From Alphaproteobacteria bacterium (GTDB lineage Bacteria; Pseudomonadota; Alphaproteobacteria; UBA828): DNA of 64,000 nt. Below, in pieces: positions 22,677 to 33,283 of the stretch. Position numbers and translations under genes: made by a program. The notes beneath the pieces were generated by a model that worked only from the letters and a program-made list of their open reading frames with translations, had not been told where the DNA came from and did no database searches. Position 1 is the first letter of the stretch, and each line of letters starts with the position of its first letter. The stretch is from the NCBI GenBank assembly GCA_965220745.1, contig CBDCQT010000012.1, positions 868,741 through 932,740 on the forward strand, in the 5' to 3' direction.

Positions 22677-24592
22677 TCCGCGGCCTCCTGGACCGCCTCG
22701 GCGGCGAACCAACCGTCGTCCGGGTCGTCGTGACCCGCCGGGCGCGCGATTCCCTTGCTGCGCTTCATCTGCTCGAAATAAGGCCCGCGACTGAACATGG
22801 GGAGCGGTCCACGTTCGGCCCGTATGCGCGCCCGCAAGCGATCGGTCTCCGCCTGGTCCACCGTGTAGCGCCGGCTCCGGCGTGCGAGCACGACCCCGTA
22901 GTCGTCGCGCGCCGCCTGCTCCGAAACCAGGCCGCACAGCACGTCGTAGCACACCATCTCGGGCTCGCGCGCCAGCGGGTCGCCCCAGCCGCCGCCGCCC
23001 GTCGTGCGGATCCTGATGGTCGAGCCGCCGGCGACGGGGACGCGGTCCTCCATGCCGGCGAGCTCGCGCTGTGTGCCGTCCGGCTTGTCGATCTCCAGAC
23101 TGTAAGTGCCGCCGTACTTGCCGCCGTTGACACCGTAGGTGTTGATCATCGCGCGATCGGCGTTGGAAAGCGCCTCGCAATCTTCGAGCGCGCGCACGCG
23201 CTTGTCGTAGCCGAATCCGCCGCGCCGGCAGCCGGCACCGCCCGAATCCGTGGCGAGGCCCAGGCGTTCGACGATGACAGGGTAGCGGGTCTCAGAGAAC
23301 TCCGCGGGCAGGTTGCGCGAGTTCGGCACCACGTGAACCACGTCGCTGCCGTCGGCCCAGGGGCGCCCCGGTCCACCGCCGCCGAGCACTTCGCGGAACA
23401 AAAAGAAATCGTGGCCGATGCGTCCGCCGTGCAGGCCCCAGATTCGGATCGTCTCGTGGTCGGCCGGCATGCGCCCGCTGGTCGCCTTGGCCAGCAGCGC
23501 CGCAAAGATTCCGAGCGAGCGCAGCAGCGGGAAGAAGCGCAGGCCCGTGGCCTTGCCGAAGCTCGGCGTCACCAATGTCCCCTTGGGCGGGAACTTCAGC
23601 TCGATGACATCCAGCACACCCTCGTTCATGTCGATCTCGGCCGCCCGCTCGGGCGTCGCCGCGAGCGAGCGGAGCACGGGCCCCATCCACTTGCGGGCGA
23701 ACTTTCCGTCCGCGTAGTCGATGGGCCAGTTGATCGGCCCCTTCGCCTCCTTCGAGGTGCCGGTGAAGTCGAGGACGATCCTGTCGGCGGTCTTGGTCAT
23801 CGTCAGGCGCAGCGTGTGCATCTGCGGCCCCTCGACGCCGTCGTCTTCGATGTAGTCCTCCCAGGAATAGACGCCGTCCCGAATCATGGGCAGCAGCTCG
23901 CGGCGTATGGTCTCCGCGCAGTTCTCGATGATGGCGTCGTAGGCGGCCTCCAGCGCCTCCACGCCGTAGCGTTCCGCTAGCGCCACGATGCGCTGGCCAC
24001 CAAGCCGGGCGGCGCCGATCTCGGCATCGAGATCGCCGCGCAGATGCTCCGAGAGGCGCGAGTTGCGCGAGATGATCTTGAAGACCGCCTCGTTGATGTT
24101 CCCGCGCTCGTAAATCTTGATGGGCGGCACCACCAACCCTTCCGTCCACATGTCGGTCGCATCGGCCGGCAGGCTGCCGGGGACCGAGCCGCCTACGTCG
24201 TCGTGGTGCCCAAAAACCTGGCTGAACCCGATCAGCCGGTCGCCGTAGAAGATGGGGATGGTCGTGCAGAGATCGGGAATGTGGCCGATCCCGCCCGCGC
24301 TGTTGTAGGGATCGTTCCAGAAGAAGATGTCTCCCGGGTGGACATCGCCTTCGTCGAAGTACTCGAAGACCGGCTCCACCAGGGCGGCATAGGAGCGCCC
24401 GGTCAGCTTGCGCCCTTTCGCATCGAAGAGCGCGACGCGGTAGTCGTGCTGGTCCCGGATCATCGGCGAGCGCGCCGTTCGCTCGACCGCCGCCTCGATC
24501 TCGAGCTCGGCAGTGCGGATCGTACCGGTAATGACCTCGAGCTCGATCGGGCCGAGCGGCGGTCTTGCGTCCTTGGCCGTGACTGCGCTCAT
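22673..24592 (-). CDS. hydantoinase B/oxoprolinase-family subunit
   Basis: RTARSPMI, NDPY...GHIPD, HHDDVGG, DSGGAG and GGGGWGDP; start MSAVTAK overlaps the upstream stop. Confidence 0.92.
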   Translation of the reverse strand: MSAVTAKDARPPLGPIELEVITGTIRTAELEIEAAVERTARSPMIRDQHDYRVALFDAKGRKLTGRSYAALVEPVFEYFDEGDVHPGDIFFWNDPYNSAGGIGHIPDLCTTIPIFYGDRLIGFSQVFGHHDDVGGSVPGSLPADATDMWTEGLVVPPIKIYERGNINEAVFKIISRNSRLSEHLRGDLDAEIGAARLGGQRIVALAERYGVEALEAAYDAIIENCAETIRRELLPMIRDGVYSWEDYIEDDGVEGPQMHTLRLTMTKTADRIVLDFTGTSKEAKGPINWPIDYADGKFARKWMGPVLRSLAATPERAAEIDMNEGVLDVIELKFPPKGTLVTPSFGKATGLRFFPLLRSLGIFAALLAKATSGRMPADHETIRIWGLHGGRIGHDFFLFREVLGGGGPGRPWADGSDVVHVVPNSRNLPAEFSETRYPVIVERLGLATDSGGAGCRRGGFGYDKRVRALEDCEALSNADRAMINTYGVNGGKYGGTYSLEIDKPDGTQRELAGMEDRVPVAGGSTIRIRTTGGGGWGDPLAREPEMVCYDVLCGLVSEQAARDDYGVVLARRSRRYTVDQAETDRLRARIRAERGPLPMFSRGPYFEQMKRSKGIARPAGHDDPDDGWFAAEAVQEAAE

Positions 24593-26631
24593 GCCTCTTT
24601 CTCCAGAATGAGGTTGCCGTAATCGTCGTTCCTGACGGCCCAGCCCTCGGGCACCACGAGGGTCGAGCCGTACTCCTCGACGATACCCGGCCCTCGCGTG
24701 GTGAAGCCGCGGGACAAGCTCTCCCGGCGCCAGATGGGGCAGGATACCCAGCCCCGGCCGCGCCAATAGACATCGCGCACACCGGCCGGGCTTGCGTCGT
24801 CCGATCCCAGCTCGATCGCGCGCACGGAGGGGCGGTGCATGCGCCCGATCGCCTGCACGCGCAGGCTTACGACCTCGACGTCCTGGCTGCCCTCGTAGTG
24901 GAAGCCGAAGGTGTCGTCATGGACCCGGTGAAAGTGCGACCACATGTGATCGACGGCTGCGGCACCGGCAAGGCCGGACGGGATCGCGACCAGCACCTCG
25001 TGGCCTTCGCCGACGTAGCGGACGTCGGCGCTCCGTTCGAGCACGATTGCCTCGCGCGCCACGCCCTCGGCCGCGATCTCGTCGCAACCCAGCTCTTCGA
25101 GATCGGCCCACAGTCCTTCAAGCTCATCGACGGTGGCGGTCGATTGCTGGCGCACCAGCGTGCGCACGTAGTCGCGCTTGATGTCGCAGACGTGCAGGCC
25201 GAAGGCGGAGAGGTTGCCCGGATTGGGCGGCGAGACCGCGACCTTGATCCCCAGAAAGTCGGCCACATCGGCGGCGAACAGACCGCCGGCGCCGCCGAAG
25301 GCGATCATGGCGTAGTCGCCGGGGTCGAGACCGCGCGTCGTCGTCACCTTGCGAATGCCCTGGACCTGGTTGGAGGCCGCGATTTCCAGCACGCCGGCGG
25401 CTGCTTCCTCTGCCGAGAGGCGGAGATTATCGCCGAGCGCCTCGAACGCCTCGCGCGCGGCATCGACATCCAGCTTGAGCCCGCCGCCAATGAGTGCGCC
25501 AGGCAAGCGCCCCAGCACCACGCCTGCGTCAGTCACCGTGGGTCCGGTTCCGCCGCGCCGATAGCAGATCGGGCCAGGATCGGCGCCCGCGCTCTGCGGC
25601 CCGACCTTGAGCGCACCGTAGGGGTCGATCCAGGCGAGCGATCCTCCGCCGGCGCCGACGGCCACGACATCGAGCATCGGAGTCTTGACCGGATAGTGCT
25701 CGATGGTGGTGTGCGTGGAGAGTTGCGGCGTGAGCCCGCGCACCAACGAGACATCGGTGGACGTGCCACCGACATCGAGCGTCAAGATATCGTTGTATCC
25801 GGCGAGGCTCGCCATGTGGGTGGCCCCGAGGACGCCGCCCGCAGGTCCCGAGAGCAGCATCGTCACCGGCTTCTCGCCGGCAGCCTCGCTGGAGACGATC
25901 CCGCCGTTGGACTGCATGATCAGGAAGGGCTTGTCACCGGACTCTTCGGCGATCTTGTCGCGGGCACGTCCCAGATAGGTCTGGCAGTAGGGCTTCACCA
26001 TCACGTCGATCAGCGTGGTCATCGCACGTTCGTACTCGCGGTATTCCGGTAGGACGACCGACGACAGCGACACGAACGTGTCGGGAAAGTTCTCCGCGAT
26101 GATCGCGCCGACGCGCTGTTCATGCGCCGGGTTTGCATAGGAGTGGAGCAGACAGACGGCGATGCGCGTGACACCGAAATCGACGAGATGGTCCACCGCC
26201 TCGATCACGCTTTTTTCGTCGAGAGGCGTCATGACGGAGCCGTCGTGGCTCATGCGCTCCGTCACCTCCTGGACCAGATGGAGCGGCACGAGGCGGGGCG
26301 GCTTCACCCAGAAGAAGGAGTTGCCGTAGCCGTCGGGCACGGACTGGCGCGCGATCTCGATGATGTGGCGAAACCCGGCGGTAACGAGCAGGCCGAGGCC
26401 TTCGAAACGGTGCTCCAGCACGGCGTTGGTTGCCGTCGTGGTGCCGTGCAGGATTTGACTCAGTTGCGCATCGTTCCTGCCGACGACTTCCTGAATCCCG
26501 TTGATGAGGCCGCGGCTAGGGTCGTCAGGCGTGCTCGGCGTCTTGATGGCAAGCTGCTCGCCCGTGCTCTCATCGATCGCGATGACGTCCGTGAACGTTC
26601 CCCCGGTATCGATGGCGATTCGCAAGCTCAT
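24589..26631 (-). CDS. hydantoinase A/oxoprolinase-family ATP-binding subunit
   Basis: IDTGGTFTD, HGTTTATN, SGPAGG, DVGGTSTD and SAGADPGP. Confidence 0.93.
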   Translation of the reverse strand: MSLRIAIDTGGTFTDVIAIDESTGEQLAIKTPSTPDDPSRGLINGIQEVVGRNDAQLSQILHGTTTATNAVLEHRFEGLGLLVTAGFRHIIEIARQSVPDGYGNSFFWVKPPRLVPLHLVQEVTERMSHDGSVMTPLDEKSVIEAVDHLVDFGVTRIAVCLLHSYANPAHEQRVGAIIAENFPDTFVSLSSVVLPEYREYERAMTTLIDVMVKPYCQTYLGRARDKIAEESGDKPFLIMQSNGGIVSSEAAGEKPVTMLLSGPAGGVLGATHMASLAGYNDILTLDVGGTSTDVSLVRGLTPQLSTHTTIEHYPVKTPMLDVVAVGAGGGSLAWIDPYGALKVGPQSAGADPGPICYRRGGTGPTVTDAGVVLGRLPGALIGGGLKLDVDAAREAFEALGDNLRLSAEEAAAGVLEIAASNQVQGIRKVTTTRGLDPGDYAMIAFGGAGGLFAADVADFLGIKVAVSPPNPGNLSAFGLHVCDIKRDYVRTLVRQQSTATVDELEGLWADLEELGCDEIAAEGVAREAIVLERSADVRYVGEGHEVLVAIPSGLAGAAAVDHMWSHFHRVHDDTFGFHYEGSQDVEVVSLRVQAIGRMHRPSVRAIELGSDDASPAGVRDVYWRGRGWVSCPIWRRESLSRGFTTRGPGIVEEYGSTLVVPEGWAVRNDDYGNLILEKEA

Positions 26632-26671
26632 GAACTCTCCCGACGCCGGCTGCCCCCGGTTGCCGGCGCAG

Positions 26672-29080
26672 CTATCCACCGTTACCGGCGCGGCCAGCCT
26701 CGATCAAGGCGAGAATCATCTCCGGCTTGAGCGGCAGCGTCGTGATCTCGACGCCGAAGGGCGCGAGAGCGTCGCAGATGGCGTTGGCGAGCGCGGCAGG
26801 CACGGGCCCCGGCCGGCCTTCGCCCACGGCGCGCACGCCCAGAGGATGGTCCGGGCAAGGCGTCGGCGAGTGGCCCACGGTCACGTTCGGGACATCCGCC
26901 GCAGACGCGAGCCGGTAGTTCTCAAAGTCCGCCGTCAACTGCTGACCGTTCTCGTCGTAGAGGAACTCCTCGAACATGGCGTTGGACATGCCCTGCACCA
27001 CGCCGCCCTGCACCTGGCCTTCGACGACGATGGGGTTGATCACCGTGCCCACATCCTCGCAGGTGGCGTAGTCGAAGATGGTGAACTGCCCGGTCTCGAT
27101 ATCGACCTCGACCTTGGCGGCCTGCGCGGTGAAGCAGATCATGGGCTTGGGCGCCTCGAAGTAGGCCGTGTGCTCGAGCCCCGGGTCCTCGCCGGGCGGC
27201 AGGTTGATCGAGCCCATGACGATGCGATCCGCCAACGCGGCGAATTCGCGGCGAATGTTGCCGTCCTTCTCGTAGACGACCGCGCCGTCCGTGAAGCTGA
27301 AGTCGCCGGGGGTTGCGCCGTCCAGTCCGTGATCGTGGATCATGTAGCGCGCCATCTTGGCCTTGAGCGCCGCGGCGGCTTCGGCGATGGCGGCGACGGT
27401 GTAGGAGGCGCCGCGCGCGCCGATGGTGCCGGAGCTCAGCGGCGTCGTGCCGGTATCGCCGTGGCGGACGCTGACGTCGTCCGGGTGAATGCCGAAGGCG
27501 TCCGCCGCGACCTGCGCCATCGTGGTCTCGTGGCTCTGGCCCTGCGGCGCGTCGCCCTCGTGGATCGCGACCCTGCCGCGCGGGTCGATTCGCATGGTGA
27601 CAACGCCGTAGCCCGGCTGATTCTCCAGCGGCACGAGCACGTCCGACGGGATGCCGGAAAACTCGGCGCCGCAGGCGAAGCCGATCCCGATGTAGCGCCC
27701 CGATGCACGGGCCTCCTCCTGCTCCGCGCGAAACCCGACGAGATCGACCTTGCCGACCAGCGTGTCCCACGCCTTCACATAGTTGCCGCTGTCGTGATGC
27801 ACCCCGGTCACGCTGGTGAAGGGAAAGTCGGTGACCAGGTTCCTGCGCTTCAGCGCGGCCGTCTCCATGCCGAGCTTGCGCGCCAGCATGTCGAGACCGC
27901 GCTCCAACGCGAAACGCGTCGGCAGCGCTCCGAACGAGCGCGACGGGCTCATACAGGCCTTGTTGGTGACCGTGCAGCGCAGCTTGATGTCGGCGCGGTC
28001 GATCGCGTAGGCGTTGGGCAGCATCACCGAGCCCAGCGAGGGCATGACGAAGCCCCAGTAGACTCCCTGGCGCCCGTCGCCCACGTCGCCGATGCCGCGA
28101 TTGCGGAGCGCGAGGATACGGCCCTCCCTGTCCGCCGCGATTTCGAGATCGTGAATCTGGTCGCGCTCCTGGCTGACCGTCATCAGGTGCTCTTCGCGGG
28201 TCTCGATCCAGCGCACCGGGCGCCCCAGCTTGCGCGCGAAATGACAGACCACGACATGCTCGCGATAGAAGGGCGCCTTGACCCCGAAGCCGCCGCCTTG
28301 GTCGCGCGGCGCGACGACCCGGACCTCGGCGGTGGACAGTTCCAGAAGGTCGGCAAGGGCGAGGCGCTCGATGTGCGGGCGCTGCGTCGTCAGGTGGACG
28401 GTGAGCCCGTCGGTCTCGCTCCAGGTGGCAAGCGCCCCCCTCGTCTCGATCGGGCAGACGCCGCAGCGCTGGGTACGGAAGCGCTGCCTGAGCACCGTGT
28501 CGGCCTGGGCGAACAGCGCCTCGACCTCGGCGTCGTTCTTCGCGATGTCGTCCGGCTCGAAGCCGCCGGTATAGCTGGTCGCGAAGATTTCGTTGTCGTC
28601 CCAGTCGTCGTAGACGCGCGGGGAGTCTTCGCGGAGCGCAGCCTCAGCGTCGGTAATCACCGGTAACGGCTCGTAGTCGACCTCCACGGCGGCGGCGGCG
28701 TCCTCGGCCACGTACTTGTCTTCCGCCACGACGGCGGCGAGGGGCTCGCCGTGCCAGTACGCCTCGTCCACCGCGAGCGGCCAGTACTGCCGATAGTTGG
28801 CGGCGAAGGCGGGGATCAGCACCGGGATCTTTTGACCCTGCATCTCCTGCGAGAGTTCGGCGCCGGTGATCGCGCCCACCACGCCCGGCATGGCGAGCGC
28901 CGCGTCCAGCTGGATGTCGTTGATCCCGGCGTGCGCGTGGCTGGAGCGGACGAAGCAAAGGTGGAGGCAATCGGGCACGCGGACATCGGCGAGGTACTCG
29001 CCACGGCCAGTGAGCAGGCGCCCGTCCTCGCGCCGCTCCAGCGAGCGGCCGATCCAGCCGGTTTCGGCGGCCGTGCTCAC
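26672..29080 (-). CDS. molybdenum hydroxylase large subunit 2
   Basis: RREDGRLLTGRG, QGGGFGVK; loop SPSRSFG; GQSHET; GVRAVGE; GTG start overlaps the 2Fe-2S gene stop. Confidence 0.9.
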   Translation of the reverse strand: MSTAAETGWIGRSLERREDGRLLTGRGEYLADVRVPDCLHLCFVRSSHAHAGINDIQLDAALAMPGVVGAITGAELSQEMQGQKIPVLIPAFAANYRQYWPLAVDEAYWHGEPLAAVVAEDKYVAEDAAAAVEVDYEPLPVITDAEAALREDSPRVYDDWDDNEIFATSYTGGFEPDDIAKNDAEVEALFAQADTVLRQRFRTQRCGVCPIETRGALATWSETDGLTVHLTTQRPHIERLALADLLELSTAEVRVVAPRDQGGGFGVKAPFYREHVVVCHFARKLGRPVRWIETREEHLMTVSQERDQIHDLEIAADREGRILALRNRGIGDVGDGRQGVYWGFVMPSLGSVMLPNAYAIDRADIKLRCTVTNKACMSPSRSFGALPTRFALERGLDMLARKLGMETAALKRRNLVTDFPFTSVTGVHHDSGNYVKAWDTLVGKVDLVGFRAEQEEARASGRYIGIGFACGAEFSGIPSDVLVPLENQPGYGVVTMRIDPRGRVAIHEGDAPQGQSHETTMAQVAADAFGIHPDDVSVRHGDTGTTPLSSGTIGARGASYTVAAIAEAAAALKAKMARYMIHDHGLDGATPGDFSFTDGAVVYEKDGNIRREFAALADRIVMGSINLPPGEDPGLEHTAYFEAPKPMICFTAQAAKVEVDIETGQFTIFDYATCEDVGTVINPIVVEGQVQGGVVQGMSNAMFEEFLYDENGQQLTADFENYRLASAADVPNVTVGHSPTPCPDHPLGVRAVGEGRPGPVPAALANAICDALAPFGVEITTLPLKPEMILALIEAGRAGNGG

Positions 29081-29592
29081 GGCGGAGGCTCGGTCTCGGC
29101 CGGCGGCGGGACGGGCTTCAGGCCGTGGCGCGTGGCGGAGGCGGCGAGGATGGCTTCGACGACGTGGCTGTAGCCCGTGCAGCGGCAGAGGTTGCCGACC
29201 AGGGCGCGGCGCACCTCGGCTTCGCTCGGGTTGATGTTCTCGTTCAGGAAATCGACCGCGTTCATCAGAATCCCGCTCGTGCAAAAGCCGCACTGCAGTG
29301 CGTGATAGCGGCTGAACGCCTGTTGCAAGCGATGCAAGTTGTCCCGGCTGCCGAGGCCCTCGATCGTGGTGACCTCCTTGCCGTCCGCTTGCACCGCAAG
29401 CTTCATGCAGGACTTGTGAGCGCGTCCTTCGATCTGCACCGTGCATGCGCCGCAGCGCCCTTCATAGGTGCAACCGATATGCGTACCGGTAAGGCCGCAC
29501 TCGTCGCGGACGAAATCGACGAGGAGAAGGCGGAGCGGTACGGTTCGCGTATAGGGCGTGCCGTTGACGGTGACGGTGATCGTCTTCTCCAC
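29077..29592 (-). CDS. Mo-hydroxylase 2Fe-2S subunit 2
   Basis: GCTYEGRCGAC, QCGFCTSG and NLCRCTGY. Confidence 0.92.
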   Translation of the reverse strand: MEKTITVTVNGTPYTRTVPLRLLLVDFVRDECGLTGTHIGCTYEGRCGACTVQIEGRAHKSCMKLAVQADGKEVTTIEGLGSRDNLHRLQQAFSRYHALQCGFCTSGILMNAVDFLNENINPSEAEVRRALVGNLCRCTGYSHVVEAILAASATRHGLKPVPPPAETEPPP

Positions 29593-29596
29593 GGCG

Positions 29597-30478
29597 TCAC
29601 CCTCCCGTCGCGCGGACGTGGGCCTCGGCCAGCACATCGCGGCCCAGGGTACGGATCAAGACCTTGCGGTAGTGGGCGCTGGCGAGGTGGTCCGTTTGCG
29701 TCTCGATTGCGTTGGCTGCCGCGCTTGCGGCCTCTGCGAAGGCCTCGGGCGTTGCCGGCCGGCCAAGCAGAGCGTCGCCAACGCCGTCGAAACGTTGGGC
29801 GGTCGGCAGAATTCCGCCGACGCTGAAGCGGGCGTCCGTGCAAAGGCCCGTCTCGTCGACCTCGATCAGTGCAGCGATGCCGACGATCGGCAAGCCGTCA
29901 ACGGTCCCGCCGTACTTCCTGTAGGCGCTGCCGACGCCGTGAACCTTGAAAGCGGGAAAGATAATCTCGACCAAGAGCTCGTCGTCGCGACGTGCAGTCT
30001 CGAGCGGCCCGATCAGAAACTCGTCAATCGGTACGGTTCGTTCGCCATCGTCCAGCGAAGCAAGAACAAGCGTCGCATCGAGGCAGAGGCAGACGTTCGG
30101 CATGCAGGAGGCGACGTAGTTCCAGCACAGGCTGCCGCCAATGGTGCCGGCATTGCGCACCTGCCGGTCTCCCACTGTCGAGGCTGCGTCCCCGATCGCC
30201 TGCAAGGCGCCGTGCAGAGCCGTGGTTACTGCCAGCTCACGGTAGCGGGTGAGGGGGCGCACGGTCACGCCGCGCGGCCCCTTGGCGAGACCGCTGAGTT
30301 CCTCCACCTCGTTCAGGTCGATGAGCGCAGGCGGCGTCAACAACCGCGCCTTCATCGCCTGCATCAGGCTCATGCCGCCGGCGATGTACATGGCGTCATC
30401 CCCGGCTTCGGCACGGCACTGGAGCGCCCCATCGATGGTTCGCGGCGCGAAATAGGCCTCAATCGGCGCTGGATACAT
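29597..30478 (-). CDS. Mo-hydroxylase FAD subunit 2
   Basis: Starts MYPAPIEAYFAP; IAGGMSL and QVRNAGTIGGS. Confidence 0.9.
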   Translation of the reverse strand: MYPAPIEAYFAPRTIDGALQCRAEAGDDAMYIAGGMSLMQAMKARLLTPPALIDLNEVEELSGLAKGPRGVTVRPLTRYRELAVTTALHGALQAIGDAASTVGDRQVRNAGTIGGSLCWNYVASCMPNVCLCLDATLVLASLDDGERTVPIDEFLIGPLETARRDDELLVEIIFPAFKVHGVGSAYRKYGGTVDGLPIVGIAALIEVDETGLCTDARFSVGGILPTAQRFDGVGDALLGRPATPEAFAEAASAAANAIETQTDHLASAHYRKVLIRTLGRDVLAEAHVRATGG

Positions 30479-30596
30479 GATAGCTCCGACACTATGCTGA
30501 ATCCTCGACATATGAAACAGCAAGTGCTGCAACCTACTGGACTGGCTATGTAGCCTCCGCGTCAATGGGCAAGAACGTGAGAAAGGGAGTGTATCA

Positions 30597-31685
30597 ATGA
30601 AAATCAAAGCCATTGGAGCCGCCTTCGTTGCTGCGGCTCTTCTCGTGATAACGCATGGCGCTGCCGAAGCGCAGGTAAACATCGAAGGAGAACCGAAAGT
30701 CGCCTTCATTTACTTCAATGTGAAGGACGATGGCGGCTGGGTGCAGGCGCAAGAAGAGGCGCGCGTCAGCCTTGAAGCCGATACCGGAATCCATACCGCT
30801 TATACCGAAGGCGTTGAAGAAGTCGCATCAAAACTCCGCGCCGTTGTAGAGCGCTATATCAGGCGGGATTACAACATCATTGCGGCCTCGGCGTTCGGCT
30901 ATAACGATGCCTTGCTTGAGATCGCGAAGGAAAATCCCAACGTCGCGTTCTTCAATACGCCAGGCACGGTCAGCGCGGATAACCTCGAAGGCTATTACGC
31001 GCGCACGTACGAGAGCCAGTTCCTCTGCGGCATGGTGGCCGGCGCCTTGACCAAGACCAACAAGATCGGCTTCGTCGCTGCGGTCCCGATCTCCGTCACG
31101 ACCTGGAACGTCAACGCCTACGCTCTCGGCGCCCAGCTCATGAACCCTGACGCCGTCGTCAACGTCATCTACACCAATGCCTGGTACGACCCGGTCAAGG
31201 AACGGGCGACCGCGCAGGCGTTGCTGGAGCAGGGGGCCGACTTCCTGGGCCAGCACCAGGATACGCCATCGACGCAGATCGTGGCGCAGGAGGCCGGTGT
31301 CTTGTCCACCGGCTATCACCGGGACATGAGCGAATATTCGACCGCCACGCAGTGCTCCTCGGTCTGGGTCTGGGCGCGCTACATCACGCCGACGGTTCAG
31401 GCGATCGTCGCCGGCGACTGGAAGAGCAGCGGGATTCGCTTCCTGGGTATCAAGGACGGCGGCACCGATGCTATCTGCTGTGGTTCCGAAGTGACGGAGG
31501 ATGTCGCGGCCAAGGTGATGGCGACGCGCGACGAAATCGTTAGCGGCGCGCGCCATGTGTTCCAGGGTCCAATCTACGACCAGGACGGCAATCTGGTGGT
31601 CGCGGAAGGTGAGCAACTCGACGACGGCCAGATTTGGGGCATGAACTATCTGGTGCAGGGTGTCGTCGGCGAGCTGCCTCAGTAA
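30597..31685 (+). CDS. BMP-family ABC transporter substrate-binding protein (purine/nucleoside type)
   Basis: Sec signal peptide; DDGGW, NKIGFVAA, WYDPVKE and QHQD. Confidence 0.9.
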   Translation: MKIKAIGAAFVAAALLVITHGAAEAQVNIEGEPKVAFIYFNVKDDGGWVQAQEEARVSLEADTGIHTAYTEGVEEVASKLRAVVERYIRRDYNIIAASAFGYNDALLEIAKENPNVAFFNTPGTVSADNLEGYYARTYESQFLCGMVAGALTKTNKIGFVAAVPISVTTWNVNAYALGAQLMNPDAVVNVIYTNAWYDPVKERATAQALLEQGADFLGQHQDTPSTQIVAQEAGVLSTGYHRDMSEYSTATQCSSVWVWARYITPTVQAIVAGDWKSSGIRFLGIKDGGTDAICCGSEVTEDVAAKVMATRDEIVSGARHVFQGPIYDQDGNLVVAEGEQLDDGQIWGMNYLVQGVVGELPQ

Positions 31686-31789
31686 GCGACCGCGGTAACA
31701 GGAGCGCTCCCTCTGAACGGAGGCCTCCCGCGCAGTGTCAGCACTGCCGGGAGGCCGCTGCAGCGCCATGATGTCGACAGGGGCACGGG

Positions 31790-33283
31790 ATGGCTCATGC
31801 CCTGCAGATGACGGACATCGTCAAGTCCTTCGACGGCCGCATGGCGCTCGATCGCGCCGAGTTCGCTGCCGAGTGGGGCGAGGTCCACGGTCTCCTCGGC
31901 GAGAATGGCGCCGGCAAGACCTCGCTGATGAACGTGCTGTGCGGGCTCTACCGGCCCGACGCCGGCCGCATGAGCATCGATGGCGTCGAGCACCGCATCG
32001 AGGGGCCGTCCCATGCGCGCGCGCTCGGCATCGGCATGGTCCACCAGCACTTCAAGCTGGTGCAACCGTTCACCATCGCCGAGAACGTCATGCTGGCGAA
32101 CCCGCAGACATCGTGGCGAAGGGGCATCTCCACGGTGTCGGAGGGCATCGCGCGTCTTTCCGATGAACTTGGCTTCGAGATCGATCCCGCGGCCCGGATC
32201 GATCGCATATCCGTCGCCGAGCAACAGCGGGTCGAAATCATCAAGGTGCTCATGGGAGGGGCGCGCCTTCTGATTCTCGACGAGCCGACCTCGGTATTGA
32301 CCGACGAGGAAGCGGCGCGGCTGCTGCGCACGATCCAGGTGCTCGCCCGCCGCGGCACCTGCGTCATCCTGATTACGCACAAGCTGCGCGAGGTGCTGGC
32401 CCACGCGGATCGGGTCACGGTGATGCGCGGCGGGCGGACCGTTGCCACGGTCGCTGCCGACGGCACGAGCGCTGCCGACCTCGCCCGCATGATGGTCGGC
32501 GATGCGCCGGTCGACGACACCGAACCTGGGCGGAGCGGCCCGGTGCGCCTCCAGATTTCCGACCTCACGGCGCGCAGGGATGATGGCGTGAATACCGTTC
32601 GCGGCCTTTCACTCGCTGTCCGCAGCGGCCAGATCTACGGCCTCGCCGGTGTCGGCGGCAACGGCCAGACGGAGCTGGCGGAGGTGCTGATGGGTGTCCG
32701 CGTGCCCGAGGTGGGGCGTATCGGGCTCGACGGTTCCGACATCACGGCGCTCCACCCCAAGCGGCGCCGCGCGCTTGGCATTCGCAATGTGCCGGCGGAC
32801 CGCTCCGCCTACGGTCTCGCCCAAGAGCTCTCGGTCGGCGACAACTATGCGTCGACCCGGCTCGGAAGCGGTGCGTTCGGGACGATGGCCTGGGTCTCTC
32901 GGCGCACGATCGGGGCGCGGGCGAGCGCCGCGCTGGAGGACTTCGAGATTCAGGGCGCGACCGTCGATACCAGCGTGCGCCTGCTCTCCGGCGGCAATGC
33001 GCAAAAACTCGTGCTCGCGCGGGAGCTCCACGGAGAGCCCGCCGTGATTGTGGCCCATTCGCCGACCCATGGCCTCGACGTGCGTGCCTGCGCCGCGGTC
33101 CACGACCATCTGCGCGCGGCGCGCGGTGCCGGTGCCGCCGTGCTCTTGATCAGCGAAGATCTCGACGAGGTTCTCAACCTCTCGGACGTCGTCGGCGTCA
33201 TCAACCGCGGCGTCATCGTCGGCGAGCTGGCGCGACCGGCGGATCGCCATCGGGTCGGCGAGCTGATGCTCGGACATGCCTAG
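31790..33283 (+). CDS. ABC transporter ATP-binding protein (two fused NBDs, nucleoside type)
   Basis: GENGAGKTS, MVHQHF, LDEPT and LSGGNAQK. Confidence 0.93.
   Translation: MAHALQMTDIVKSFDGRMALDRAEFAAEWGEVHGLLGENGAGKTSLMNVLCGLYRPDAGRMSIDGVEHRIEGPSHARALGIGMVHQHFKLVQPFTIAENVMLANPQTSWRRGISTVSEGIARLSDELGFEIDPAARIDRISVAEQQRVEIIKVLMGGARLLILDEPTSVLTDEEAARLLRTIQVLARRGTCVILITHKLREVLAHADRVTVMRGGRTVATVAADGTSAADLARMMVGDAPVDDTEPGRSGPVRLQISDLTARRDDGVNTVRGLSLAVRSGQIYGLAGVGGNGQTELAEVLMGVRVPEVGRIGLDGSDITALHPKRRRALGIRNVPADRSAYGLAQELSVGDNYASTRLGSGAFGTMAWVSRRTIGARASAALEDFEIQGATVDTSVRLLSGGNAQKLVLARELHGEPAVIVAHSPTHGLDVRACAAVHDHLRAARGAGAAVLLISEDLDEVLNLSDVVGVINRGVIVGELARPADRHRVGELMLGHA

Noticed and set aside
22673-26631. 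Acetone or acetophenone carboxylase
   Set aside because: Same superfamily, but no small gamma-subunit gene is seen and the context points to amide ring opening. Not fully excluded.
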